This document shows positions 1 to 11,285 of a stretch of DNA of 64,000 nt, one piece after another. Numbering within the stretch: the first letter of the stretch is position 1; each line of letters opens with the position of its first letter. The DNA comes from a virus. Taxonomy: Duplodnaviria > Caudoviricetes. The notes beneath the pieces are model-generated. The model did not search any database. It was given only the letters and a program-made list of their open reading frames with translations, and had not been told where the DNA came from. Location: positions 295,551-359,550 of the IMG/VR virus record IMGVR_UViG_3300015606_001334; one strand, 5' to 3'. Both the position numbers and the translations under genes were made by a program.

Positions 1-3000
1 GTTCTACTTGGCTACAGATTCGGTTCCTTCATGAACACTGACACCCTACGTTTGAGCAGTGTTTTCGACATCCCATTGGGTATGTGCAACCTTATCACCA
101 AGATCAGCCCTTACTCAAGCAGCTCTTGGATCAACGCAATTCGTATCCAGCTTGTCAAGGTCGGAACAACCGTTCTCGACAATGGAATTTACAAGCCTGC
201 AAATCAAGGTGAAGATTGGGTATTCCGTATCGAGAACTATTTCGATCGTCACCCAGCAATTCACTACTACGACGTTGATACTGCTGAGAAGTTCTTCTTG
301 TACGACACCTTTACCACCGACGTTACCAAGATCGAAGTGAAGTGCTATGATGGCTCTCTAGAAGAAAGCCTACTATCTGAATATCGCATTTCATCAAGAA
401 TCGGAAACTTCATTCAGCTATCATACACTGAGTACAAGCGCTTCCATGATGGCAGCATCATTTACGACGAGCTAGGTAATCCTGTTGTCAAAAAGGTTCA
501 TACTGCAAATGTTGTAATCGTTTCAAATGAATCTCTCTTTGACACTCAATATCCAGAACGTTACTGTGTAGCAAAAACTCCTGCTGCATATTTGACCTTC
601 AAGGCATTGGAACTTCGTCGCTCTCCAGAAATTTGGAAGAACTACACTACAAACTTGAGTGTGAAGACCGCGACTACCCCATTCCTAATCGCAGGTATCC
701 AAAACGTCGTCAACTTCCTATTCGGTTATACCCGCTATCTAGAAGATTCAGGTTGGAGAATTAACCAGAATGAAGTTCCAGATATCGATGAAGAAACTGG
801 TCGTATCGTAACTTGGCAGCTTGAAATTGAAAAGTTCATCGATGCTGTTTACGACAACATGAATGCTGGTCAAGGCACCATCATTAACCCATTCATGGCA
901 AACCTCTGGTTCAACGCTCCTCAAGGTCTTGTTTCAAAATTCGAAACCATCAAGTTCCTAGACGTTTCTGCTTCGCAGTTCACGTTTGACATTCTTGGCG
1001 GCCAGATTCCTGTTGAGCAATTGAAGATTGTTCGTGAAGAAGATACCACCTCAATTAGCTCCGATACTCCAATGTTTGGTGCTCATGTTAACGTGGAATT
1101 CTATGAGCATTGTGTTCTATTCCCATACTACTTGGATAATGCTAAGAAGCAAAAGCTAATCTTTGACCCATTCTTGGGAATGAAGCTAAGCAAGATTCTT
1201 GTTGACGGTTCGCGTCAAGCAGTGCAGTCTGCTCGTCCATCGTTTGGCGGTTTCTATCTAAATAACAACCAAATGAAGAGAAACATCGTCTCTTCAATTG
1301 AAGATTTGGGTAAGATTTACGATTCTGAGGCTGCGTTCAACAACCCAACTATTTCTAAATACGCATTGTCCCTATTTGGCTTCTCCAATAAGGATTATTT
1401 CGATAAGCTTGGAACCTCTAAGAAGAATCAATTCAACTTCTGGAGAGGCATGATTCAAGCTAAGGGTACCAACTCTTCCGTTGACGCCTTCTTGAATAAC
1501 ACCGCTTATGAAGATGCAAAGATCGACGAATACTGGGCATTCAAAGTCGCAGAATACGGCGATGCTCGTCCTAAGTCGTTCCCAGAAATGAAGCTAAAAG
1601 TTGCAGATTGCTTGCTAGATAATGCTCGTTTCCAATTTGGAACAGGTATCGCTTCTCTACCAAGCTTCAACGGTGTTTTGGAAACTGACGAAGATCGTTG
1701 GGTTAATCTTGACGACCTAGAAGAATTGAAGGATCCAAATAAACCAGGCATGTATTTTGACGCTGAATCTGTCGGTATTTACCAGGTAGGCTCTAACATC
1801 CTAGACATTACTCCAGAAATCGGAAACCTTGTCCAAAAGGTCAATGGAGTTGTTTCATCACACCTAGTACGATTTGTAGATGAAGCCCAAAAGGTCAAGA
1901 AGCTTAACACCACTTATAACAAAATCAGAGTCATTATGCGAGGTGGAGAGAAGAGCGCAGACCCAGCTATTAACCCAGCTGGAGCATTTGCTGATGACCC
2001 AATTATCGAGAATTTCGACGTTTACAAGGTCCTACTAAATGGTGATCAACTTCTTGTTGAAAATCAAGCAAACGTTAATGGAACATATGGCATCCTAAAC
2101 GAGACATTTAAGTGCGACGATTTTGAATTCCAGTTGACTACCGACTATATTCAAATGACTTACCGTCCCGCTGTAACTAATCCATCTGCTCCTGGATTTG
2201 GCGTCGGTCCTAACCAAAACTCTTACGTTTTCGAGTTCAGCCTAATTACCGATTTCTACAATGAAGACACTGACACTTTCACTGTGTCTCGTTTCGTTAA
2301 ATTGCCGTTCGTTGCTGACAAGATCATTTTTGATTCACAGTACGCAAAGCAAATTTCTGCAAATGTTCTTCAGTTGAAGAAGGCTCAAGCATTTACCGTA
2401 GAAGGTTTCGGTCCTCAAAAGCCAAAGTTCAGCCCAATCAAGTTGTTTGACTATAAGAGCGACACCTTCATTGGTAATATCCCATACTGGAACCCAGCTC
2501 TTGGTCAGCATACTCCTGAAGCTTACGAAATCATTAACATGGTTTCCGTGGCAGACCCAGCGAAGTACAACCAAACTACCCAAGAACTCAACAATCCTAA
2601 TTACGACGTGTTGAAGCCATGGGGAAGCAAGGAAGTCGGTAAGGTTTGGTGGAACACCAAGAACTTGGACTACATCCCTTATTACGATCCAGTCTTCTAC
2701 CCAGACATGGAAAACCGTTTGTCTAAGTGGGGTGCATTGGCAGAATATTCCAACGTCGAAGTTTACGAATGGGTCGAATCTGACGTCCCTCCTGAAGAGT
2801 ATAACGCAAGAGTTCTCAGTGATGCTAAGAACCAAAACGTTCCTCAAAGTGAGAAAAAGTCAGGTGAAGTCGCAAAGACCAACTTGTTGACCAGATCAAG
2901 AACTTGGAACGTTCGTCCAATTGCTTGGAAAAAGAATGAAAAGACTGGAGACTCCGCGTTCTTCACCTCTTCTTTATTCAATAAGGTAAGAATCTCTTCT

Positions 3001-3438
3001 GAAACTGTCGGTGAATCAACCATGATTCTAAACTACGGCCGATTCAGCGATTTCTCTATCACCTCTGGCATGTCAATGTCTGCTTGGGATACTATAAATG
3101 ATGTTCCGGTCGGTCAAGCAACTCTAACCGGAACCTTGGACTATCGCATCGGTACTGAAGCAGAAATTATGAGCGTGCCAGGCGTAGTCCAAAGTTCAAA
3201 CTCAAATGTCACAGGTATTACAGTTTCTTCTTCGAATAAATCATCCTCTGCTGGTAAAGCAGTCGGAAAAATAAAAATGTCAAGTTATGAAGAAGATGGA
3301 ATTTATTACGTTAGGGCAACTGAGATAAATACAGGAAAATCGCAATCTCTTCCTGTAGCCGATGTAAACTCAGGAACCTCATTTGTTGATTACGATTTCA
3401 CTGAACTTGGATTCAAATTTAGATTGAGCTTGGCGTAA
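1..3438 (+). CDS. Giant virion structural protein (baseplate/tail), 5'-truncated by the window
   Basis: Frame is open from base 1 (GTT CTA CTT...), so the gene starts upstream of the window. >1135 aa, in the late structural module. Motifs DEYWAFKVAEYG, VGKVWWN and VYEWVES are recalled from very large jumbo-phage virion proteins. Confidence 0.7.
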   Translation, partial: VLLGYRFGSFMNTDTLRLSSVFDIPLGMCNLITKISPYSSSSWINAIRIQLVKVGTTVLDNGIYKPANQGEDWVFRIENYFDRHPAIHYYDVDTAEKFFLYDTFTTDVTKIEVKCYDGSLEESLLSEYRISSRIGNFIQLSYTEYKRFHDGSIIYDELGNPVVKKVHTANVVIVSNESLFDTQYPERYCVAKTPAAYLTFKALELRRSPEIWKNYTTNLSVKTATTPFLIAGIQNVVNFLFGYTRYLEDSGWRINQNEVPDIDEETGRIVTWQLEIEKFIDAVYDNMNAGQGTIINPFMANLWFNAPQGLVSKFETIKFLDVSASQFTFDILGGQIPVEQLKIVREEDTTSISSDTPMFGAHVNVEFYEHCVLFPYYLDNAKKQKLIFDPFLGMKLSKILVDGSRQAVQSARPSFGGFYLNNNQMKRNIVSSIEDLGKIYDSEAAFNNPTISKYALSLFGFSNKDYFDKLGTSKKNQFNFWRGMIQAKGTNSSVDAFLNNTAYEDAKIDEYWAFKVAEYGDARPKSFPEMKLKVADCLLDNARFQFGTGIASLPSFNGVLETDEDRWVNLDDLEELKDPNKPGMYFDAESVGIYQVGSNILDITPEIGNLVQKVNGVVSSHLVRFVDEAQKVKKLNTTYNKIRVIMRGGEKSADPAINPAGAFADDPIIENFDVYKVLLNGDQLLVENQANVNGTYGILNETFKCDDFEFQLTTDYIQMTYRPAVTNPSAPGFGVGPNQNSYVFEFSLITDFYNEDTDTFTVSRFVKLPFVADKIIFDSQYAKQISANVLQLKKAQAFTVEGFGPQKPKFSPIKLFDYKSDTFIGNIPYWNPALGQHTPEAYEIINMVSVADPAKYNQTTQELNNPNYDVLKPWGSKEVGKVWWNTKNLDYIPYYDPVFYPDMENRLSKWGALAEYSNVEVYEWVESDVPPEEYNARVLSDAKNQNVPQSEKKSGEVAKTNLLTRSRTWNVRPIAWKKNEKTGDSAFFTSSLFNKVRISSETVGESTMILNYGRFSDFSITSGMSMSAWDTINDVPVGQATLTGTLDYRIGTEAEIMSVPGVVQSSNSNVTGITVSSSNKSSSAGKAVGKIKMSSYEEDGIYYVRATEINTGKSQSLPVADVNSGTSFVDYDFTELGFKFRLSLA

Positions 3439-3439
3439 A

Positions 3440-5017
3440 ATGGCAAATACCGTGTTAATACCTGCTAATGAGATTGCCGCAATGATTGGCAATCCTAATC
3501 ATGACATTTTCATTAGAGAAACCATGTCAATGGAAGTCGAAATTGACTTCCCTGATCATACATTTGACAACAACTATGTTGACGACGGTAATGTGTCAAC
3601 ATACGGTTGGAGAACTTGGGAAAACCCAACTCAATCTGATCTTGACAATGACTTGAAAACACCTGATAATCTTTGGGAACCTGTTTACGGTGAGTACGTC
3701 CCTGTTCAAAATCTTACCCTTGAGTATCTTGACAAGATTAAGAAATATCAAAGCGCAAAATGGACTCTTAACTCTGGAACTGTTGTTGAAAAATTCAATC
3801 CTGTCTGGTCAGATTACAAGCAATTGACCGATATCGTAATGGAACGAATTTACGACGGCAAAGCTAATACAACAACATTCACCATTGGAACAGAAGAGAA
3901 GGTACTGTCAAAGGATCGTATCTTCGTTTACGTTGACGGCATCCTTCAACCATCCACTAACTTTACTGTTGCAAAGCTTGTAGTTTCGATTACTGCAACA
4001 ATCAATGTTGGTGCAAAGCTTGTCGTCATTTACAAGAAATATCAGCCTACCGCAGCAGAACTTTCATTTGACCCAGATACATCAGATGACATCTTGGTGA
4101 ACACGCAGTACAAGTATGGTTATGACTACACATCGTACAAAATCCGTGACACCAACGATCGTCTATCAGATTCTGTCTACTATTTCTGGGTAAAGAACAA
4201 GAACACTCCACCAGCTGGTCGTGGAATGTCTGTTCTACAGGCTAAGAACTTGCTTGCCTACGGTCCTTCATTGTACATGGTCTTCCAAAACATTACTGAA
4301 GCAAACGATCAGAAAAAGCTTCCTGTTCGTTATGACGCAATTACAGTGTACGGCTTAAACAAGTACGTGTCAAGAGACGACACTTACAAGCTACGATTTA
4401 CCCGCAATTTTACTCTTCGTGACGATCCAAACGAAATCGATTTCAAGACTGGAAGACCTTCTAGAGGAAGCTCTTCGAGCTTGAAGAACGTTCATACTGA
4501 GTGGACCCTCTTGAGACCTGCCCAAAACAAGAGAATTCCTTTAAATCTATGGAACAAGTTGGTAGAGTCCGCGCTTGGCCAAGACAGCATTGGCAACACT
4601 CTACCTTATACTTACCTTAAGGACTATGATCATCAGCACGGAACCTCAAACAGTTTCGGTCTAGATGTTGGTCAAATTCTTGCGGAACAAGCTCAAGTCA
4701 TTGCTTCAATTAAACATACCATTTTGAATACTACCTTGACAATCAATCTTGGTGGTACTAAAGTTCCTGACTACATTCAAAATCTTAAATTGTCTCAATT
4801 GGATAAATACTTTGATACACCGGAAAATATTAGAAAGACACTAGATCTTATTTGGCGAGAAGCTAAACCAAAACAAATCAATGAGATCTTCTTCGCTGTA
4901 ATTAACGATGCTCTTGCTAATAATTTCGAATTTAAGGATGTCTTTAAGACATCTAGGTTGTCAGTTTATTCAATTAAGACAGTGGGACAAATTTTGACAG
5001 GAACGAACGATGAGTAA
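3440..5017 (+). CDS. Virion structural protein (possibly the split C-terminal part of the upstream giant protein)
   Basis: 525 aa. YYFWVKNK motif and a 'VYVDGILQ' beta-repeat. Starts 1 nt after the upstream stop. Confidence 0.6.
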   Translation: MANTVLIPANEIAAMIGNPNHDIFIRETMSMEVEIDFPDHTFDNNYVDDGNVSTYGWRTWENPTQSDLDNDLKTPDNLWEPVYGEYVPVQNLTLEYLDKIKKYQSAKWTLNSGTVVEKFNPVWSDYKQLTDIVMERIYDGKANTTTFTIGTEEKVLSKDRIFVYVDGILQPSTNFTVAKLVVSITATINVGAKLVVIYKKYQPTAAELSFDPDTSDDILVNTQYKYGYDYTSYKIRDTNDRLSDSVYYFWVKNKNTPPAGRGMSVLQAKNLLAYGPSLYMVFQNITEANDQKKLPVRYDAITVYGLNKYVSRDDTYKLRFTRNFTLRDDPNEIDFKTGRPSRGSSSSLKNVHTEWTLLRPAQNKRIPLNLWNKLVESALGQDSIGNTLPYTYLKDYDHQHGTSNSFGLDVGQILAEQAQVIASIKHTILNTTLTINLGGTKVPDYIQNLKLSQLDKYFDTPENIRKTLDLIWREAKPKQINEIFFAVINDALANNFEFKDVFKTSRLSVYSIKTVGQILTGTNDE

Positions 5018-8000
5018 TTACCTCTATTCTTCAAACGCCGTAGATAGCTTGATCGCTTACATCAATGATGTCAAGCCGTTTCATAGTAAGCTATCTGAAA
5101 TTGTAGAGGAATATCAATTCTACGAGACAGTTAACGTCAAAATTAATGACGATAAGAGATTCACTCGTACAAAAATTGCAGGTATTTGGGATTCTGAAAT
5201 TTATTCAGACGGTCTCTATGCCCCGTATTTGAATCTTCCATTTGTAAAGCAGGCAAAATCATCCAAGTATTGGAATGGTGGCCTAGGCATTAACTTCACA
5301 GAATACGACAAGCAAATTCCAGGTTTGACAACTGCTTACCCACTAGGCAGCAACACTGGTGTTAGACATGTCAAAAAGAATGGAGCAACCCAAACTGAGG
5401 GTATCGACTTTCACTTGACTCACGGTGCATACACTGTCACCCTCGATGGTCAAAAGCAGAAATATGTCGAATCAATGCTCGATGTATCACCGCTTTCTGA
5501 TTCCTTGGTTAACACCCTGCAATCTGAACAAGATGCTGCATTAGAAAATACGGTTGACCCGCTAAATATTGACCCTAATCCAATAGTTTGGGAATCTGGA
5601 TTTAACCCTGCGCAAACTGTCGGCCTTCAGCTTCTAAACGAAGATAGCAGATTGGGCTATGACGATGTTACCGATGGTATCGGTTCTGTCATAAAAATTA
5701 CCCCAAATCTTGACGCTCCTAATTACGAAGAATGGACTCTTGAGTGTGTCAAGGTAAATAACACCTCAGACGGAACTCGCCTAAGCTTTGATTACTCTAC
5801 TGGTGAAGCTGCCTTGTCTCAATGGCAGATTCAACACGCTCTAGGAACAAAGGACGTTTTCATTCAGTGTTATGCTGAAGTGAACGGTGTAACTGTTCCA
5901 ATCAGCCCAAAAAGAATAGAGTTTACTGACGACAACACCATCAACGTATACTTTACTAAAGGCATGAAAGGCTTCGCGAAGGTAATTCGTTATGTCCGGT
6001 CAAGCCTTACTTATGCTGAAGATTTCCCTGTAAATTCCGCTGTTTGGGACGTTCAACACAACCTTGGTACCACCAGCTTAATCTTCTCAACCATGGTATT
6101 CCTTAATGGAACATCAAACCCGATTGAGAAGCTAAATCCTAAGCGAATCGAATTCGTAAATGACAATCGCGTAAGAGTTTATTTCACTAATCCTCAAGCT
6201 GGTAGAATCGTGATAGGAGCTGCGGGTGCATATACCTCCAATGTGTTTGAACAACCAGTTGCGTCAAAGCAGTGGTCTTTTGCTAACACCCTAAATCTTA
6301 CCAACGATGTTTTCCAGTTTATTCGTGCCGATGGCTCGATTATCTTCCCAAAAGACGTAATAATTGATGAAAGCTTTATCAACGTCACATTCTCTAGACC
6401 TACAGCTGGCAAGATGGTGTTCACCAAGTTGTTTGCCACTGGAAATGAAAACACCATCTTCTCTGTTTCAGGATCTGAAACAGGACTAATTGGTTTCGCT
6501 AAAGTAGGATTGACCTTCTCCTCCTCGTTGATTAGCTTCATTATTACTGCGGTCGATTCTTCTGCACATTTCTATCTTGGTCAGAAATTTGTTCTTACCC
6601 CGCACAATAGAATCGTTTCACACAAGAACTATACTGCAAAAGAGAAATGGTCCTTTATCAAGGTCAATCCAATCGCGCATAAAAAGCCAAGGTTCTCAAA
6701 GACCAATGGCATGCATATTATTGACTTCAGTTTCTCTGATCCTGGAGTAAGACCACAAAATTTGACCGCAACCTTCAACGGTTCAACCTTTGATGTTGTG
6801 AGTTCTCTAGATGGTTCTATCGGTACTGCGGATATCGGGTCAACCTTCTCAACCTCTGAGTATTCATTTAAGATTGTTGCTGGATCTATTAATCCAAGTG
6901 TTGGTGATTATTTCTACGTCACCATTGAAAATGATGATCCATACGCTGTAGGATTTGACCTAACCCTTGGATATGACGTTGATATTACTGCACAATCGAA
7001 AGTTCACAGCTATAGCCAATTCCTGTCAAAAAACCTAGCTCGCCCTGACGTAACCGCAAAGTATCCAACTGGTGAAGTTGTTTCTTATGACGTGGTAGAA
7101 TACGATGATCGCCTAATTGGCTTTGATCTATCTGTATTGAATTTGACTATCACCAATAAGCGAATTCAGAATTGCTATTTTGAGCTAGAGTATAATGGCA
7201 CCTACTTTACCGTTAAGAAATTTACTGATTCTGTAAATCGAATTCCATTGGCCGAATTCGCCTATATTTACCCAGGCGTTCCTTATACCTGTGTAGACTT
7301 TTCTATCAATCTTCCGTCGAATGTCGAATTCTTTGGAAATGATTCAGGTGGTGACCTATTCGTATTCTCAGTAATCAATCCTGATCCAGCTGTCGACGCA
7401 TTCGATTTCAGCATCGTCTCTCTAAACTTTGGTCATATCTCTCTGTATCCAAAGTCGTTTATCGATTCTCCAGCCAAAGATTGGCTGATTAGATTTACCG
7501 ACTCTACGAATTTTGAGGTGTTCGATCAGCATAATGCTGCGACTAAGTGGAATGGTAATGTGTATGAATCATTCGATAACGGATACATCCACTTCACGAT
7601 CTTTACAGACTCTGTTCCTTTTGAACAAAACGACTTGTTCAGAGTTACTATCAATGATGAGAAACCTTCATATTTGGTCCACAACGAAGTTACCGGATTC
7701 AGCAAACCACTAACTGTTGGCAAGTGGTATTGGAACGGCAAGATCGGTCTAAAGATTGACTTCCCAAAATATGTTGTTCCCCATACACAACAAATGATCT
7801 TCACTGATCACGATAATCCTTTGCACCAGTGGATTAAGGAAGTTGAAGTCCCACGAGTAGTAAAAGTCAATGAAGAGATTCCAGTCATCAAGCTTGATAG
7901 TGGTGGTAGCCCAATCGCAACCATTAAGTTTACCAAGCCACCAAGGTATGACTCGGCTTCGGATACTTACGATCTAAATCTTCTTGACCTTCACAAGACC

Positions 8001-9602
8001 GTCAATAATGTTGATGTGATCGAACAGCGTTTCGACGTTTTCTCATCCCACTTTGGTCACCAACGTGGTGCTGGTGTCGGACAAACTTATTATGACGACA
8101 TGAAGCATGGTTTATCCCGTGATGGCCTGGGACATCACGATGGTACGGTTGAGTTCATCATTAATGCTTCTAGTCAAATCCCGCAAAGAACCTCCGGTGC
8201 AACTGTAGTGTATCCTACTTTGCACTTTGAAGTTAGATCAAACGATCTTCCACTACATCATGCAAACGATTTGATCATCTTCAATAACGTTGAAGCAACC
8301 GACGATGTCTACCTAGAAAGAGCAACTTACGATCGTCTATATCTAAAGTCCTCATCTGAAAAGGCAGAAATCGCTTTTAATCCGTATAACGAAGCAGATC
8401 ACTGGTTCCCAATCTACACTAAGCCTGCGAAAATTTTCTCTGACGAATCGGATCTAATTGACGTTCACGTAGCAATAAATGACAAGAAGATTGGTACTAT
8501 CACAAGAACTATCGGAGCAATCAACGAATATCAACTCCGTGTTGACGGCACCGATGGTGGTTTCTTCTCAGAATACCTACCATTTAATACACGTCTAGCA
8601 TCGAAGGTCGTTCAGGACGAGCAAGAGAATGAATTCATTAATGCTCGCATTACTGAGAAAATGAAGTTCTTTGACCTTTATAGATTCTCAGATAAAGTCA
8701 ATATTAGTTTGCTAGAATCTAAGATTAAAACTATTGTACAAATACCAGTATTCGATTATGACAAAGATGGTAACATTATTGGTATTATAGGTTTCCACGA
8801 TAGACTAAACGTAAAGATCTTCGACAGCAACTTCAAGGGATTCTTCTCAGGCTATGACACTCAACCATACGATTTTGAGGTAGTCCATCCAAATGAGCCA
8901 ATCCATCCAGCTGATGAATCACATACTGTGGATTCTTACTATGAAGACTCTGGTGTAATTCAAACTGCACACTTTGGCGTTGTAGCTGGTGGCGCACCAG
9001 TTAATCCAAACACTGGTGCCGTTGAAGGTTACGGTGGCGTCGGTATGTATCTTCGCGATAATTCTCCTGAAACTCAGACCAGATCCAAGATTTCTGAAAT
9101 CATGGTGATCTATTCTAGACTCTCAGCTGACGCGATTGATTATGCACCAGCATTCGCTGATTCTGGCCTACCTCCACTTGACGCGGAAGGCTGGAATAAT
9201 GCAGACGTCTACGATGGTCTACCTTTAGTTGATCCATACGGTTGGGACAATGCTGTATTCGATATGCAGTATGGCCTAATTGAAACGATCGAAACTAACG
9301 TCACATTTGATTTAACTGCTTACGTTGGCTCAGTTAAAAAGCACGTTGACGACAATGGAGTTCCTGATGGCTCAGAACTTTCAACAACTCCATACGCTAG
9401 CGTTCCAAGCGCTCTCATCGCCGTGACTAGAACTATTGAGACCGCTACAATAATGTTGACAGGTCTTTCTGTAAATAACATAGTCATGTACTCAGACCTA
9501 CAGGCTGGAATTCAGATTCCAATCAATGTAGTAGAGCAAACTGCAGATTTTATCAAGATTCAATTAACAACTCCTTCTGTTGGTAAGATTGTGATTTTCT
9601 AA
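5010..9602 (+). CDS. Large virion (baseplate/tail) protein with three tandem W-x-I-x-H-x-L modules
   Basis: 1530 aa. N-terminal YINDVKPFHSK motif, GYD..YD motifs, overlaps the upstream stop. Confidence 0.65.
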   Translation: MSNYLYSSNAVDSLIAYINDVKPFHSKLSEIVEEYQFYETVNVKINDDKRFTRTKIAGIWDSEIYSDGLYAPYLNLPFVKQAKSSKYWNGGLGINFTEYDKQIPGLTTAYPLGSNTGVRHVKKNGATQTEGIDFHLTHGAYTVTLDGQKQKYVESMLDVSPLSDSLVNTLQSEQDAALENTVDPLNIDPNPIVWESGFNPAQTVGLQLLNEDSRLGYDDVTDGIGSVIKITPNLDAPNYEEWTLECVKVNNTSDGTRLSFDYSTGEAALSQWQIQHALGTKDVFIQCYAEVNGVTVPISPKRIEFTDDNTINVYFTKGMKGFAKVIRYVRSSLTYAEDFPVNSAVWDVQHNLGTTSLIFSTMVFLNGTSNPIEKLNPKRIEFVNDNRVRVYFTNPQAGRIVIGAAGAYTSNVFEQPVASKQWSFANTLNLTNDVFQFIRADGSIIFPKDVIIDESFINVTFSRPTAGKMVFTKLFATGNENTIFSVSGSETGLIGFAKVGLTFSSSLISFIITAVDSSAHFYLGQKFVLTPHNRIVSHKNYTAKEKWSFIKVNPIAHKKPRFSKTNGMHIIDFSFSDPGVRPQNLTATFNGSTFDVVSSLDGSIGTADIGSTFSTSEYSFKIVAGSINPSVGDYFYVTIENDDPYAVGFDLTLGYDVDITAQSKVHSYSQFLSKNLARPDVTAKYPTGEVVSYDVVEYDDRLIGFDLSVLNLTITNKRIQNCYFELEYNGTYFTVKKFTDSVNRIPLAEFAYIYPGVPYTCVDFSINLPSNVEFFGNDSGGDLFVFSVINPDPAVDAFDFSIVSLNFGHISLYPKSFIDSPAKDWLIRFTDSTNFEVFDQHNAATKWNGNVYESFDNGYIHFTIFTDSVPFEQNDLFRVTINDEKPSYLVHNEVTGFSKPLTVGKWYWNGKIGLKIDFPKYVVPHTQQMIFTDHDNPLHQWIKEVEVPRVVKVNEEIPVIKLDSGGSPIATIKFTKPPRYDSASDTYDLNLLDLHKTVNNVDVIEQRFDVFSSHFGHQRGAGVGQTYYDDMKHGLSRDGLGHHDGTVEFIINASSQIPQRTSGATVVYPTLHFEVRSNDLPLHHANDLIIFNNVEATDDVYLERATYDRLYLKSSSEKAEIAFNPYNEADHWFPIYTKPAKIFSDESDLIDVHVAINDKKIGTITRTIGAINEYQLRVDGTDGGFFSEYLPFNTRLASKVVQDEQENEFINARITEKMKFFDLYRFSDKVNISLLESKIKTIVQIPVFDYDKDGNIIGIIGFHDRLNVKIFDSNFKGFFSGYDTQPYDFEVVHPNEPIHPADESHTVDSYYEDSGVIQTAHFGVVAGGAPVNPNTGAVEGYGGVGMYLRDNSPETQTRSKISEIMVIYSRLSADAIDYAPAFADSGLPPLDAEGWNNADVYDGLPLVDPYGWDNAVFDMQYGLIETIETNVTFDLTAYVGSVKKHVDDNGVPDGSELSTTPYASVPSALIAVTRTIETATIMLTGLSVNNIVMYSDLQAGIQIPINVVEQTADFIKIQLTTPSVGKIVIF

Positions 9603-9616
9603 TCAGAAACCAATAG

Positions 9617-9624
9617 AATAAATA
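9617..9624 (+). promoter_or_regulatory. T4-like late promoter box (AATAAATA)
   Basis: ATAAATA core in the intergenic region 33 nt upstream of ATG 9658. Confidence 0.65.
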
Positions 9625-9657
9625 CCCCAAACCATCTAATTTACAAGGTGAGAACAC

Positions 9658-10233
9658 ATGGAAATTTCTACTAAAATCAAAGGTCACGTTCTAATCCAAG
9701 ACAAAGCTACTGGCGAAGTCTTGCTTGATAAGATGAATGCTGTTCATCCACAGAACATGGCAAGAATTATTGCCCGCGGCCTTGCTAATGAACCAAACCA
9801 ACAGATCTTCAAGATTGCTCTAGGTAACGGCGGAACCTATATCGGTTCCGATGCTAAGATTGTTTACAACAGTCCACACACCACCAACCCAACTACCAAA
9901 CTTTATAACCAAACTTATGAAGAAATCGTTGATGACAATGATTCACGAATCATTTCTTACCCAGGTAACTCGGTAATCAGTCAGCCTTCTCCATCTGATA
10001 CTTCATCTTTGGTGATCTGTACTATTCAGCTTTCAGCAATGGAGCCTTCTGGCCAAGCAGCGACTGATGGAGAAACCAAAGACACTGAATCTCCATTCAC
10101 TTTCGACGAGCTAGGTCTAATGACCGCCGATACTCCTCCACTATTGCTGTCACATATCATTTTCAACCCAATTGAAAAGAACCAACAGCGCGAGCTAATC
10201 ATCTCTTATACCCTGACCGTCTCGGTAAGTTAA
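9658..10233 (+). CDS. Virion structural protein (baseplate/tail-associated)
   Basis: 191 aa, late-promoter context. The KGHVLI..., FDELGL and HIIFNPIEK motifs are typical of large-phage structural proteins. Confidence 0.6.
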   Translation: MEISTKIKGHVLIQDKATGEVLLDKMNAVHPQNMARIIARGLANEPNQQIFKIALGNGGTYIGSDAKIVYNSPHTTNPTTKLYNQTYEEIVDDNDSRIISYPGNSVISQPSPSDTSSLVICTIQLSAMEPSGQAATDGETKDTESPFTFDELGLMTADTPPLLLSHIIFNPIEKNQQRELIISYTLTVSVS

Positions 10234-10247
10234 TCTACTCGATTATC

Positions 10248-10283
10248 TGGGCGGATGAAAGAATTTCATCCGCCCAATTCTTT
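10248..10283 (+). terminator. Rho-independent terminator
   Basis: TGGGCGGATGAAA-gaa-TTTCATCCGCCCA (13-bp stem) followed by ATTCTTT. Confidence 0.8.
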
Positions 10284-10290
10284 ATAAATA
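10283..10290 (+). promoter_or_regulatory. T4-like late promoter TATAAATA
   Basis: Exact T4 gp55 consensus directly after the terminator, ~30 nt before ATG 10320. Confidence 0.8.
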
Positions 10291-10319
10291 CACCAAGATA
10301 ACATTTGTAGATTAAGACC

Positions 10320-11285
10320 ATGGAACTTAATTTTAGGCAGGGTATTTTAAAGCGTCAAGCAGACCTCACAAATACTTCAATTTTCATCCAAAAGACCAGC
10401 CTCGACGGCCGTTATTTGGATTTGATCGTTTCGCCAGATCCGACAGTTTTTACTGTCTCACACTTTGCTGCAAACTACTTAGTTGAGGAAACTCGTACTG
10501 TAGAAAAAGCTTGGGGTCCGATGGAACCAACGGGTGATACCCAGTATTTGTATTGGGATGTCAGCCTACTAGACGCTTCCCTAACTCGTGGTTTTACCCT
10601 ACATCCTCCAATCGTCAGTGCTGCTGAGCCAGTCAATCCATTGAATGATCAGCATTGGTACGATACTGCGAATAATGTTTACAAAGTTTGGTTAAACAAT
10701 CGTTGGCAAACAAAGCTTAGAGTATTTGCTGCGATCTACGACCGTAATGCGAATATCGTTCCATATCCAGTTGGTTCCCAGGTTGGAATAAATGGCAACT
10801 TTACCGCAGGCAACATTGTTCTTGGTAAGAACAACAAACCACTAAGAGATTCTGACGGAACCTTCGTAACATCCGAATCGAATCTTATCATCGCTCGAAC
10901 TTCAGCAGAAGCAGTCAAATTTGACAGTGTTCTAGCATTTGCTGAAGCAGTAGAGAACATCCCAAAGTTCACTCTTGTTACTATTCTACCTCATCGTAAA
11001 GTAGTTTCGGCGTCCTTCCTAAGAACTGACCGTCACATTCACGGTCTAGTTACCAGTGATTTAAATCCTGGTGAGGTTGGTCAAATTGTTTCGAATGGTA
11101 TCATTAGAAATGAACAATGGAGTTTTTCAGACAACTCAATTGGTAAACCACTATTCTGTGGAGCAGCAGGAGAAGTTACTCTAACTCCTCCTATTTCAGG
11201 AATTCTTCAACAAGTCGGCTTCGTCTATGACGTTGACGCTATTTGTTTGAATTTCTATGCGCCAGTTGTTCTGACTAACAGCTAA
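10320..11285 (+). CDS. Virion fibre/decoration-associated protein
   Basis: 321 aa under a late promoter. Has a 'HWYDTANNVYKVW..NRW' fibre motif and a C-terminal cement-like beta domain. Confidence 0.5.
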   Translation: MELNFRQGILKRQADLTNTSIFIQKTSLDGRYLDLIVSPDPTVFTVSHFAANYLVEETRTVEKAWGPMEPTGDTQYLYWDVSLLDASLTRGFTLHPPIVSAAEPVNPLNDQHWYDTANNVYKVWLNNRWQTKLRVFAAIYDRNANIVPYPVGSQVGINGNFTAGNIVLGKNNKPLRDSDGTFVTSESNLIIARTSAEAVKFDSVLAFAEAVENIPKFTLVTILPHRKVVSASFLRTDRHIHGLVTSDLNPGEVGQIVSNGIIRNEQWSFSDNSIGKPLFCGAAGEVTLTPPISGILQQVGFVYDVDAICLNFYAPVVLTNS

